A stretch of 12,281 nucleotides of DNA from Selaginella moellendorffii (lineage: Eukaryota; Plantae; Lycopodiophyta): positions 187,437 to 199,717 of the forward strand of contig NW_003314286.1 of NCBI RefSeq assembly GCF_000143415.4, in the 5' to 3' direction. The notes beneath the pieces are model-generated. The model had not been told where the DNA came from. It saw only the letters and a program-made list of their open reading frames with translations, and did no database searches. This document shows, piece after piece, positions 1-8,216 of this stretch; the first letter of the stretch is position 1; every line of letters starts with the position of its first letter. Both the position numbers and the translations under genes were made by a program.

Positions 1-55
1 TGCTACAAACATTGGCATGCACCTGATTGGGCTCTCGAGTGCAGTCCGGTTACAG

Positions 56-77
56 ATGGCGTGTAGCCTCACGCCAT
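56..77. repeat. 22-bp palindrome copy 1 ATGGCGTG-TAGCCT-CACGCCAT
   Basis: Perfect 8-bp arms, extendable to 10 bp (54-79). Confidence 0.95.
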
Positions 78-115
78 CTTAGGATGCAGCCTCAAGACAT
101 CTGATGCAGTGGTGA

Positions 116-137
116 ATGGCGTGTGGCCTCACGTTAT
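116..137. repeat. Palindrome copy 2 ATGGCGTG-TGGCCT-CACGTTAT
   Basis: Two substitutions in the right arm. Confidence 0.9.
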
Positions 138-192
138 TTCCAGCTGCTAGCTTTTCATCTGTCAGCTCTAATTGTTGTGCATTTTTGAACAG

Positions 193-3100
193 GCGAGGAA
201 TTGCGTTCTTCTTCCAGCCACTGTCAATGTGGATGCAGAGAATGGGGAGGAGCTCACCAGTTGGACTTTCGGGATGGAAGGCGAGGATCTGATGCTGTAC
301 AACACAGATGGTGGGAGAAAAGAATGCATGGGGATCCTCATCCAAGTGACAGACACTCCATGCAGTTCCATGCAAGAATATGGACTGGCACTTGTGGTAG
401 AGACAGCGTCCGCCTTCAAGATCCACCTTGCACATCCTAGCGGCTTTCCGGAGGGGGGCAGCGGCTATGAGGAATTCCTAGAGGGAGCTAGGGAGAGGTT
501 GTCCAGGAGGCCCACAATTTCAAAGACGCTGCGGGTCTATGAAGATCACATGGAATCCACGGACCTCACCTACGGCGATGTTCAAAAACTATATTCCAAC
601 ATTGAGCCGTTGAGAGTGCCTCCAGTTTGCGAAGCGAAGGGGAAGGGGGTCGATCTGGAAACTACCCCGAAGCAGAAAAGGGTGGTCAAGCTCAAGCCGA
701 CGTCCGACTCTGCTGCTCCAAAAAAGAAGCTACTCGGTGATGCCATTGCCTCGGGTTTGAACACTACACCCACCAAAAAGAAGAGCCGCAAAGAGCAGAA
801 AGAGCAAGAAGAGGCAACAAAAATCGTCGCAGATAATAGTACTTGTTACTATTCCAACAAAGTATATACAATCGACGTGAGCCGTATCGAGATCCAAAGC
901 AAATACAACCACAGGCTAGTATCTGATGAGTGGGTGGAGAAACTGAAGCAGAAGATGCTGGCAAGTCCAGTAACACCCGACATCGCAGACGTGATCCCCT
1001 ACTACCGAACAATGAAGGGCGAGACGAGGTTTCCAGACTTGATCAATAGGAAGGTGTTGGACGATCAGAACATCCGGTTCTATGCCGTCTCCGGGCAGCA
1101 TTCTAGCTTGGCGATGCAACAGATAGTTGTGGATATTATGGTGGGCGAGGAGGTGAAGAAAGTCTTCAAGACAAGAGTTGTCCGCCTGATAAAAGGCAAC
1201 TCGCCCCTCCGATCTATCATATACATCTCCCACGCGCAGAATGTCAAGCAAGAAACGTGCTACAAATCGGGTCTGCACGAGACATTGGCACGAACACGGA
1301 AGCTCTGGGTTCAACTGAAGAAGCCACAAAAACCAAGACAAGGACGTGCACTAGCAACTAGCGCCTGGCAGGTAAGCCTCGTTGCATGTGGCATAGCATG
1401 TGGCCTCACGCCATTTCCATTGCAGGAATTCTCGAGTCTTCTCTCGAAAACACTGGGGGTCAATGACACACTCAGCATCCATAACATTCTACTCGCGACA
1501 AAAGTTGTTTTTGACAAATGGGTAGATGTGCTAAGGAGGTACCATGACGGGGAGTTGCTAAACTCAATGGGTGTGGAGGACGGCCGGAAGCCCAATGATT
1601 TGAAGCTCAACGCCTTGTGTTTCTCGCGGTCTCTAGACGACGACGACCTTCTGACAGTGGCTAATGCTCTTCTACGTGGTGAGGTAGTCTTCAACAAGAC
1701 CAAAATGACTCCCGGCCATATTGTGACATACGAGGACTTGTGCACGACTCTGAGAGCTCGTGCGCTATTGAAGGATTGGATCTTCGAGCAAGTGGCCGTG
1801 GCGAGGGTGAGCATCGACACCACGCAAGAGATGATGGAAGAGCTGGACTTGTCAAATGAAGACATCGACGAGTACGTGAAGGGGGCCCCCAAGTTCATCG
1901 ATCTGCTGCGGGATGCCACGAAAAGTAAAGCTGAGAAGTTGGATCAGTATCCAAATTTCATTAAGAGGGATGTCGACCGCCGGCTTCAGAAACAGCTCGA
2001 CCCCGCAGCAGAGGCCTATCGAGAACCTTACCGGGTATACGTGAATTCGGATGAGGATCAAAGGTGGAGGAGCATCGTTTCCCGCGGAGATGAGCAGGTC
2101 AAGAACATCTTTTGTGTGATGGACTTCACAAACGAGGAGATCACTCATGCAGACAAAGTCAGCTCCATCATTGACTTAATGGTGGGACTTGCGGAGGTGG
2201 AATCTTCAGTCTACTATATGATCTACGACTCCGAATCCTATCACAAGTTCTGGAAGGCCTTGAACGAGGTGAAGGCTCGGTTGAAAGGCAAGGAGATGCG
2301 GGAGATCCATGGGATAATGGCTAAGAAGAAGATACCGACGAATGTCCGCATCTTCACAGTCGCCCTTGTTATTGGTCCTGCAGCAGAGTGGGACTGGAGT
2401 GACTTCCCAGCTTCGTTCAACAAAGCCGATCGAATTGATCTGAGGGAGGTCAATTTACCCGTGCCTGAGGAACTGAAGACGGCTATGGAGCTTTCGAATC
2501 CAAAGAAAGCTCCAGGTGCAGCATGGGAAATGCTCAGCTGGGTCTTCAACGCAATAGCGGGTGACTCCAAGGGCAAATGCGTTGTCGAGTACAACTGCGG
2601 CGGACTATGCTTTCGAGCCGCACTACTCAAGGGTGTCCCGTGTGTTGCGGTGACAAACTCCATTGAAGAGGTGACTTCAATGGAGCATATAATTACAATT
2701 GCCAAAGAAAAACAGTATCTTCTCTACGAACCTGGTGAGTACGCACTTTAAGTTTAAATGTTATCTCACAAGCTCTGTATGCAGGAGCGTGGCCACCCCC
2801 AGATGCTGAAACGGCGTTAACAGCTACTGATGTTAGGCCGAGGTCACAACCTGCACAAGGTAAGGTCACGTGAGGCCTCACGCCATTTTGATTATAGATC
2901 GTTGTGAATATTCAGACACGAGGACTGAAAAGCGCACTGGTGGCGCGTCGAAGAAGGACAAACAGACAAGCAATAGGAAAAAAGGAGGTACAAATTATAT
3001 TTGCAATGGCGTGTGGTCTCATGCCATTCCTTGCAGGAGACACTTCTTCAAAGGCAAAACAGGCAAGCACCAGCCAAGCTCAAACTGACAGTGGTCATAA

Positions 3101-5541
3101 AAAGCGAAAGCACGTTGGACAGTCGTCGGGATCAGAGGCGTTTGATTCGAAAAGGAAGAAGGGCAACGAAAAGATGATAGGTAATGCCTCGCGGTTATGG
3201 CGTGTGTGCTCATGCCATTCATTGCAGATCAAGGGCTGAGTGAAAGGAGCCAGTCACCAGCTTCTGACTCAGATTCCTATGGCGGACTCCCCTTCCCCAA
3301 TCTCAATGGAGAGGTACAATGGATGAGGGATGCTTTTCAAGTCAGGGCCACGTTTTTCTCATCTCGTCGTCTTCGAAGGGTGCAAGAACGTGCAGAAACC
3401 ATGTTAAGACAGTCGGGTGAGGATACGGTCCTAGGTCACGCACTAAAACAGGCTATGGATGTCTTGTATTTTGAGATGGAGACTCGGTCAGATGATTTTT
3501 CCAAGATGGTCCTGGAAAAACAAGCAATCCAGCCTGAGCAGCCTATGGAAGAAATGCAAGAGGGGGATGAGGAGCCAGAGAAAGATAATGAGCAGGAAGA
3601 GCAGAAGGACGAAGAGGAGGACGAAGAAGAGGAGGACGAAGAAGAGGAGGACGAAGAGGACTTGGATGGTCCTCACAATGGTGACGATCACAATAACGAC
3701 GATGACGATGATGACGATGATGGCCAGCCTGAGGTGGCCAAAGAGCAGCGGAGGAAGGTCATACAAGACAAACCATCAGGTAAATAATAGTACATCCATT
3801 CCTAACCTTTTACCATTTCTAACATTGTCCATGTAGGTCGCAGAAGAAATGGTAAGTAGAGATTATTCAGTTGAATTAAGATACAAACTCTAGCCTTTAG
3901 TGTCGAGGAAGGATAGTGCCAAGCAAGGGTCGAAACGTATGTCCAATCCTTCAGAATCAGCAGTGCGCCCAAGTGATATCGGTCCTAGTTCCTCAATAGC
4001 AGTTGATGGTAAATACAGTATAGTCGATTCAATGTGCTAATGAGTTTGTTTTTAGTAGCACGGGAGGATACCATCTCAATCGAAGGGAGATATTTGGACA
4101 TGCATATGGATCCGCCAGTGGACTCTACTTGCCTGCAAGAGTCATCAGAGTTGGTGGAGGCTACTATCCATATCAACGCCAAGCAAGCTGACCACGCTCC
4201 ACTTGATGCTGCCCATACCACTGAGTCAATCTTGTCCACGTATCCAACTGACGGTGACCAGGCGCCATTGGACCCGCATGAGGCCGCCCCAGCCGCCGAG
4301 CCGGTCGTATCCTCATTTCCAACGTGTGCCCAATCGTCTGACTACGCGCCGTTGGAACCTCCCTACACCGCCCCTGCTGCCTGTTCGGTCATGTCCACTT
4401 TGCCAACGGAGGCACCAGCTGAAATGGCGTGTGATCACACGCCATCGGAACCACCCCATGCCACTGTTGAGCCAGTTGTACCAGAGTCTACAGCTGAAAT
4501 GGCATGTGCCCACACGCCATCGGATGCGATTGACCCCACATTGCAGAGGAGAGTATTTCCGCCCTTCACGTTTCCTCGACCAAAACCCTCTGAACGACCA
4601 TCGGGAGCACCATTCGCTAATATTGTAGATGGTAAAATTGACTTGTACCATTTTTTATGCTAACGCATTTCATTTCAGAGTCACGGCGAAAGTACTGTAT
4701 CGTTTTTGATCTGAACGGTGTCCTTTTCTCCCATGAGCGTGGCTCGTCCTCGAATGTCACTGCACCCTCCAAAGCCTGCGGTCGCAAGTTGGTCAAAAGA
4801 GACAGATTCACATTAATCACACGGGAGAAACTGCGGGATCTAATAATGACCATGCGACACTTAAAACAGAGGGCCGGGTTCAATTTGCAATTGGGAGTTT
4901 GGACATCCATGATGCGCCACAATGCATTAACGTTGCTACAGATGATGCACGATCAGACGCGAGTAATATTACCATTTGACTTTCTCCTAACGCAGGAGGA
5001 TTGCTTGACTATGGTCCATGTGAGGGGTAGCAAGCCCATCTTCGTCAAGGCAGAGGCTGTAGTGATGAACCGGACTGCTAGGTCAAGTGAAATCCTCATC
5101 ATCGATGACTCGCCGATTAAAACTGCAGCGAACACGCACACATATGCAGTGCACCCCATCTCTTGCAGTATGGAAACTAGGGAGAAGAAACCGTATGTTC
5201 TGGGGGACCTTGCAAAACGGCTTGAAGCGATGGTGATAGAGAACCGGCCAGTCCAGGAGGTGGCTGCAGAAATCAACCAAATGGCAGATGGAACGGTATA
5301 TCAGAAGCCATTTGATCGGACAGACACCAGTCATCATTTATGGCATGTATATTGTCTAGCCAAACACTATCCGCATCTCCATAATCTGCTCAACCGGATG
5401 GGTTCTTCGACCACTGAACATGAGCGTGGACGTATTAGAGAAGAGATGGCATTACTATTGGGTTTAAATCCTGATAGTGTGGAGAGTGATGAAATTCCAA
5501 GATTATTGTATAGGCATTGGAGGCAAAAAATAACAGTCTGA
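193..5541 (+). CDS. Multi-exon gene, ~1630 aa: ParB/Srx-like + degenerate N4/N6-DNA-MTase-like + acidic/Pro-rich linker + FCP1-like HAD phosphatase domain (5' end uncertain)
   Basis: Exons 193-1371, 1426-2734, 2785-2859, 2916-2987, 3037-3180, 3228-3779, 3837-3851, 3901-4008, 4056-4631 and 4679-5541 sum to 4893 nt. They read in one frame with no stop until TGA 5539-5541. All nine introns are GT..AG and 47-57 nt. The model links ORFs 172-2751, 2870-3088, 2904-3239, 3197-3787, 4034-4663 and 4657-5541. The first in-frame ATG is at 274. An upstream exon (83-111, intron 112-192) is possible. Confidence 0.8.
862..1310 (+). other. ParB/Sulfiredoxin-like (DGQHR-type) domain
   Basis: IDVSRIEIQSKYNHRLVSDEWVEKLKQKM...RFYAVSGQHSSLAM...RVVRLIK...IIYISHAQNVKQE follows the ParB N-terminal pattern (I.I..I....PR...E.L.EL..SI / Y.II.GERR..A / ALIEN.QRE). 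GQHS is at 1093-1104. Recognised by eye, no HMM run. Confidence 0.65.
1372..1425 (+). other. Intron, 54 nt, phase 0, in frame and stop-free; contains the palindrome
   Basis: CAG|GTAAGC...CCATTGCAG|GAA. The ORF track reads through it as VSLVACGIACGLTPFPLQ. Confidence 0.75.
1393..1414. repeat. Palindrome copy 3 ATAGCATG-TGGCCT-CACGCCAT (intronic)
   Basis: Preceded by a duplicated half-site GCATGTGGC. Confidence 0.9.
2026..2715 (+). other. Degenerate beta-class N4/N6 DNA methyltransferase-like domain (probably inactive)
   Basis: The C-terminal block NPKKAPGAAWEMLSWVFNAIAGDSKGKCVVEYNCGGLCFRAALLKGVPCVAVTNSIEEV parallels HPTQKP..LL..LI....G..VLDPF.GSGTT..AA...GR..IG.E. The upstream NIFCVMDFTN sits where DLI.TDPPY would be. 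The canonical motifs are substituted. Confidence 0.5.
2735..2784 (+). other. Intron, 50 nt, phase 1
   Basis: CCTG|GTGAGT...GTATGCAG|GA. Removes the TAA that ends ORF 172-2751. Confidence 0.8.
2860..2915 (+). other. Intron, 56 nt, phase 1 (alternative in-frame acceptor at 2897); contains the palindrome
   Basis: AAG|GTAAGG...ATTCAG|AC. Confidence 0.7.
2865..2886. repeat. Palindrome copy 4 GTCACGTG-AGGCCT-CACGCCAT (intronic)
   Basis: The core CGTGAGGCCTCACG (2869-2882) is a perfect 14-bp palindrome. Confidence 0.9.
2988..3036 (+). other. Intron, 49 nt, phase 1; contains the palindrome
   Basis: GAG|GTACAA...CCTTGCAG|GA. Restores the frame between ORFs 2870 and 2904. Confidence 0.8.
3006..3027. 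repeat. Palindrome copy 5 ATGGCGTG-TGGTCT-CATGCCAT (intronic)
   Basis: Read directly from the sequence. Confidence 0.95.
3181..3227 (+). other. Intron, 47 nt, phase 1; contains the palindrome
   Basis: TAG|GTAATG...CATTGCAG|AT. Restores the frame into ORF 3197. Confidence 0.8.
3197..3218. repeat. Palindrome copy 6 ATGGCGTG-TGTGCT-CATGCCAT (intronic)
   Basis: Read directly from the sequence. Confidence 0.95.
3548..3722 (+). repeat. Coding low-complexity acidic tract (poly-E/D); 15-nt GAAGAAGAGGAGGAC and GACGAT repeats
   Basis: EEMQEGDEEPEKDNEQEEQKDEEEDEEEEDEEEEDEEDLD...DDDDDDDD. Confidence 0.9.
3780..3900 (+). other. Two phase-1 introns (3780-3836, 3852-3900) flanking a 15-nt micro-exon (3837-3851)
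   Basis: CAG|GTAAAT...ATGTAG|GTCGCAGAAGAAATG|GTAAGT...CTTTAG|TG. A single 121-nt intron would also keep the frame. Confidence 0.65.
4009..4055 (+). other. Intron, 47 nt, phase 1 (TAGTAG tandem acceptor)
   Basis: ATG|GTAAAT...GCTAAT...TTTTTAG|TAG. Confidence 0.75.
4424..4445. repeat. Palindrome copy 7 ATGGCGTGTGATCACACGCCAT (exonic, perfect 22-bp palindrome)
   Basis: Self-complementary over all 22 nt. Translated as MACDHTP. Confidence 0.95.
4499..4520. repeat. Palindrome copy 8 ATGGCATG-TGCCCA-CACGCCAT (exonic)
   Basis: 75 bp after copy 7, with shared flanks CAGCTGAA...CGGA. Translated as MACAHTP. Confidence 0.95.
4632..4678 (+). other. Intron, 47 nt, phase 1, joining the HAD exon to the upstream gene
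   Basis: ATG|GTAAAA...GCTAAC...CATTTCAG|AG. The frame matches ORF 4657. Confidence 0.8.
4679..5260 (+). other. FCP1/NIF-like HAD-superfamily phosphatase domain (last exon)
   Basis: HAD motifs in the expected order: CIVFDLNGVL (Asp codon at 4708), LGVWTSMMRHNA, KPIFVK, ILIIDDSPIK (5095-5121), then HP. The DLNG variant is typical of plant/fungal FCP1-homology proteins. Confidence 0.8.
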
Positions 5542-5575
5542 GATGGCATATATTTATTTAAAAATGTAACTTATT

Positions 5576-5597
5576 ATGGCATGGGGTTCCATGCCAT
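5576..5597. repeat. Palindrome copy 9 ATGGCATG-GGGTTC-CATGCCAT (35 nt after the stop codon)
   Basis: Perfect 9-bp arms. Both arms carry the symmetric CG-to-CA/TG change. Confidence 0.9.
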
Positions 5598-5856
5598 TGT
5601 ATTAATATTAAAAGACAATTCTTTGAGAGGATTTGCATTATACTAGAAGTGTTACAGCATGTTATTGGAAGTCTACGAAGTTGTTTTATTAATAAGGGGA
5701 AAGTAAAGATTGAATGGGGACTTGGGCTCCACCTAGACTCGGAGCAACTGAGCCAATATTAAAAGGATGGAAAGAAATTGGACGACGATGACAAGGAGAA
5801 GAGAGAGGTGAAGCAGTGAGAAGTGATTGAGTAGACATTTCCTTGTTTAAAATAAA

Positions 5857-5878
5857 ATGGCATGTGCCTCAATGCAGT
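5857..5878. repeat. Degenerate palindrome copy 10 ATGGCATG-TGCCTC-AATGCAGT
   Basis: Left arm intact, right arm decayed. Confidence 0.55.
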
Positions 5879-5885
5879 TGAATTT

Positions 5886-8216
5886 TGTTATATTTATATA
5901 CTATATAAAGGTTTGGAAACCTTATTTTACAAGTGGGATAATGACAATTCCCACTTTAACGAAATAGAGCTTCTTAACACATCCATAAATTATACTTCAT
6001 AATGTAAAGCTAATGAAGAGCATGTTTACATCAATCCAAAAGCTTAGCATAATGAAGCTATGCTCAACAAGTGATTACCAAATGATCCTCCATGAATCCA
6101 TCTTTAGCGAGACTTAACTCACTTCATAACAAACACAAGAGAAATCATCAATGATCAATATATTTCAACTCAAATCCAACAAGGACTCAATCACTTCATA
6201 CCGATCACTAACTCTTTCTTTTGTAAAGTTAGCATAGTTCATGACTAAATCACTTTTCAAAGAAAAGCAACCCCTACTAAATAATCTAGTCTAGAACACA
6301 ACTAACTCAAACTTGCCACTCAGTTCATTTGAACGTCAACATAGTTGCTAACTAGCAAATGCACGAATGCTAATAATACAAAGCTACAACCAAATCATCA
6401 ACACTATCTCTATCGAGAGTAATGAAACTCAATATCAATCCTAAGAAAAGACATTTCATCTCACTTAAATCTCAACATCAATAATATCAATGACAAGGCA
6501 TTACTTCAATGCCATCAACACTATAACAAAGCTATAAGAAAGCAAGAATGAATTACCACTCAAAACTCTCTAGCAACTAAACTAACCAAAGTCGAAGATA
6601 CTTTAGTCAATATCCGAGACCAATCCTTTAGCAAAACTCAGTTATAGATAACACTTCCTCAAGGAATGAATCACCACATCCAAGACTCAATGAAATCCAA
6701 CACTATAAACTAAACGCAACCAAATGATATCGACAAAGGAACCAACATGCCAACATAGAAAAGAAACCATGTAAGTCTAACTACACGATCCTCTGCAACA
6801 CCATCCGGTAAAGTAAGCCCATCACTGCTAAATCATCATCGAGTGAAGTAAGTGTCAATAGTCTTCGATAAAGTTTACAAGCAATCACTAGTCACAAAAC
6901 AACTAACAATCACTCTTTCAACTTGCCTTCACAAGACCCAACACTCAACTCATATTATTGAGTCACATACTTATCCAATATGAACATAACACCTCAAGTA
7001 CGAGATATTAACTCATGGACAAGTATGAACTAAATGACCACTTGAATCTAACTCAACTGCAATAAACTCACTAATGCATTTAGCCAATAGCTCTGAGCAT
7101 GCTTTAAAGAGGCTAGCTATGCATAACCAACACTCAGTCGAAACTAAAATGAAGACCATGAGATGGATTCATATTGGTACACAACCTCCATTTAGACAAA
7201 GCTACAGTATGGGTACCAACATCTCAACTGCAAACAACTAAATTAGATATCACTATCCTTAGTCAAGGTGCAGGACCACCAAGACCAAGTCAAGATCAGT
7301 GAGAGCTCACTACTCTCATAAAGTCTAATGAAATGCAAGGTGCAACCTGCCACCAAGCACAACGTTATAGAAGAAAGTGCAACAACCATTCTTCTATACC
7401 AACTCTAAACTCTATCAAACTCAATTGCTTTAACCCTAAAAGTCAACATCCTTTTTGGGTTGCATTATACAAACTACCTACTAAGGTCTAAGCTAACCAA
7501 AGTCAACTCCAACCCCTTCACTAATTTGTATTGGCTTACAAAAACGGAATGGTTTTCGGACAAAGTGATTAACAGATTAGCCATTGGAAAAGCCTAAGAA
7601 AATTTTTGGAAAATTTTCCATCCCAGAGAAAGAATAACTCTTAGTCCAGGAATGCAAACTTTCAAGACTCAACCAACTTCCTCTTACTAACAACTTCACA
7701 TATGTTCACCTCAACACAAATTCTCATGATCCATAGTATGCTTAAGCATCGAACATCTTTGCCCATTCTTCTAATATCTAACACTGACATCTGCAAAATG
7801 CAAATGGAACATCCAAGACGTGATCACGAAGACCATATCTTCAGATATCCATATTCCATTAACACTTTTCTTCAACCACTTTCAAGATCCAATGTGAAGT
7901 CAAAACACTAACAAGAAAAATGACATGGAAAATCAAGATCTAAGGAAAATTCCTCATCACTCGAATCAACAATGCCACTTCCACTAACACAAGTTCTAGC
8001 GATGTCAATGCCTCAACTACACACCTTCTCTATCCAACAATTTAGTCCAAGTGCTAACGGATCAACTGACAAGCCATAGCAAGTGAATGCTATAACGTTT
8101 TTCCAACACCTAATGGGCAAACCTCAAGAAACAAGGTACCAACTTAAACTTAGCATAATGAATCACCATAAATAATCTAGTTAAAGCTACTTCAATGCTA
8201 TTTCGTGCAAGTAGAC
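5886..8216. mobile_element. Probable decayed transposon/retroelement-derived DNA (A/C-rich on +)
   Basis: Abrupt composition change at TGTTA (5886), strong strand asymmetry and no long ORF. The class cannot be determined from the sequence alone. Confidence 0.35.

Larger units (their letters stand above)
4186..4530 (+). repeat. Five degenerate Pro/Ala-rich peptide repeats (~21-30 aa period)
   Basis: ADHAPLD, GDQAPLD, SDYAPLE, CDHTPSE, CAHTPSD. Confidence 0.75.

Noticed and set aside
172-2751. Stand-alone 859-aa prokaryote-style ORF with TTG start
   Set aside because: Its start lies in a polypyrimidine/AG acceptor region, it reads through an in-frame intron, and its stop lies inside a GTGAGT intron.
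4657-5541. Independent phosphatase gene starting at ATG 4657
   Set aside because: That ATG sits in a 47-nt intron with a CTAAC branch site that joins this ORF in frame to the upstream exon. Not excluded without transcript data.
79-5549. Numerous antisense and alternate-frame ORFs (e.g. 1311-1919, 2241-2705, 3488-3766)
   Set aside because: These are shadows of the main CDS or of low-complexity repeats and have no recognisable motifs.
56-5878. CRISPR array interpretation of the palindromic repeats
   Set aside because: Spacing is irregular (60 to ~1470 bp), the copies are embedded in a spliced eukaryotic gene, and there are no cas genes.
6138-6158. Minus-strand LIIDDFS resembling a copia integrase motif
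   Set aside because: Flanked by in-frame stops with no other integrase motif recognisable; too short to call.
6495-6515. AAGGCATT-ACTTC-AATGCCAT as an eleventh palindrome copy
   Set aside because: The spacer is 5 nt and the arms have several mismatches; plausible by chance.
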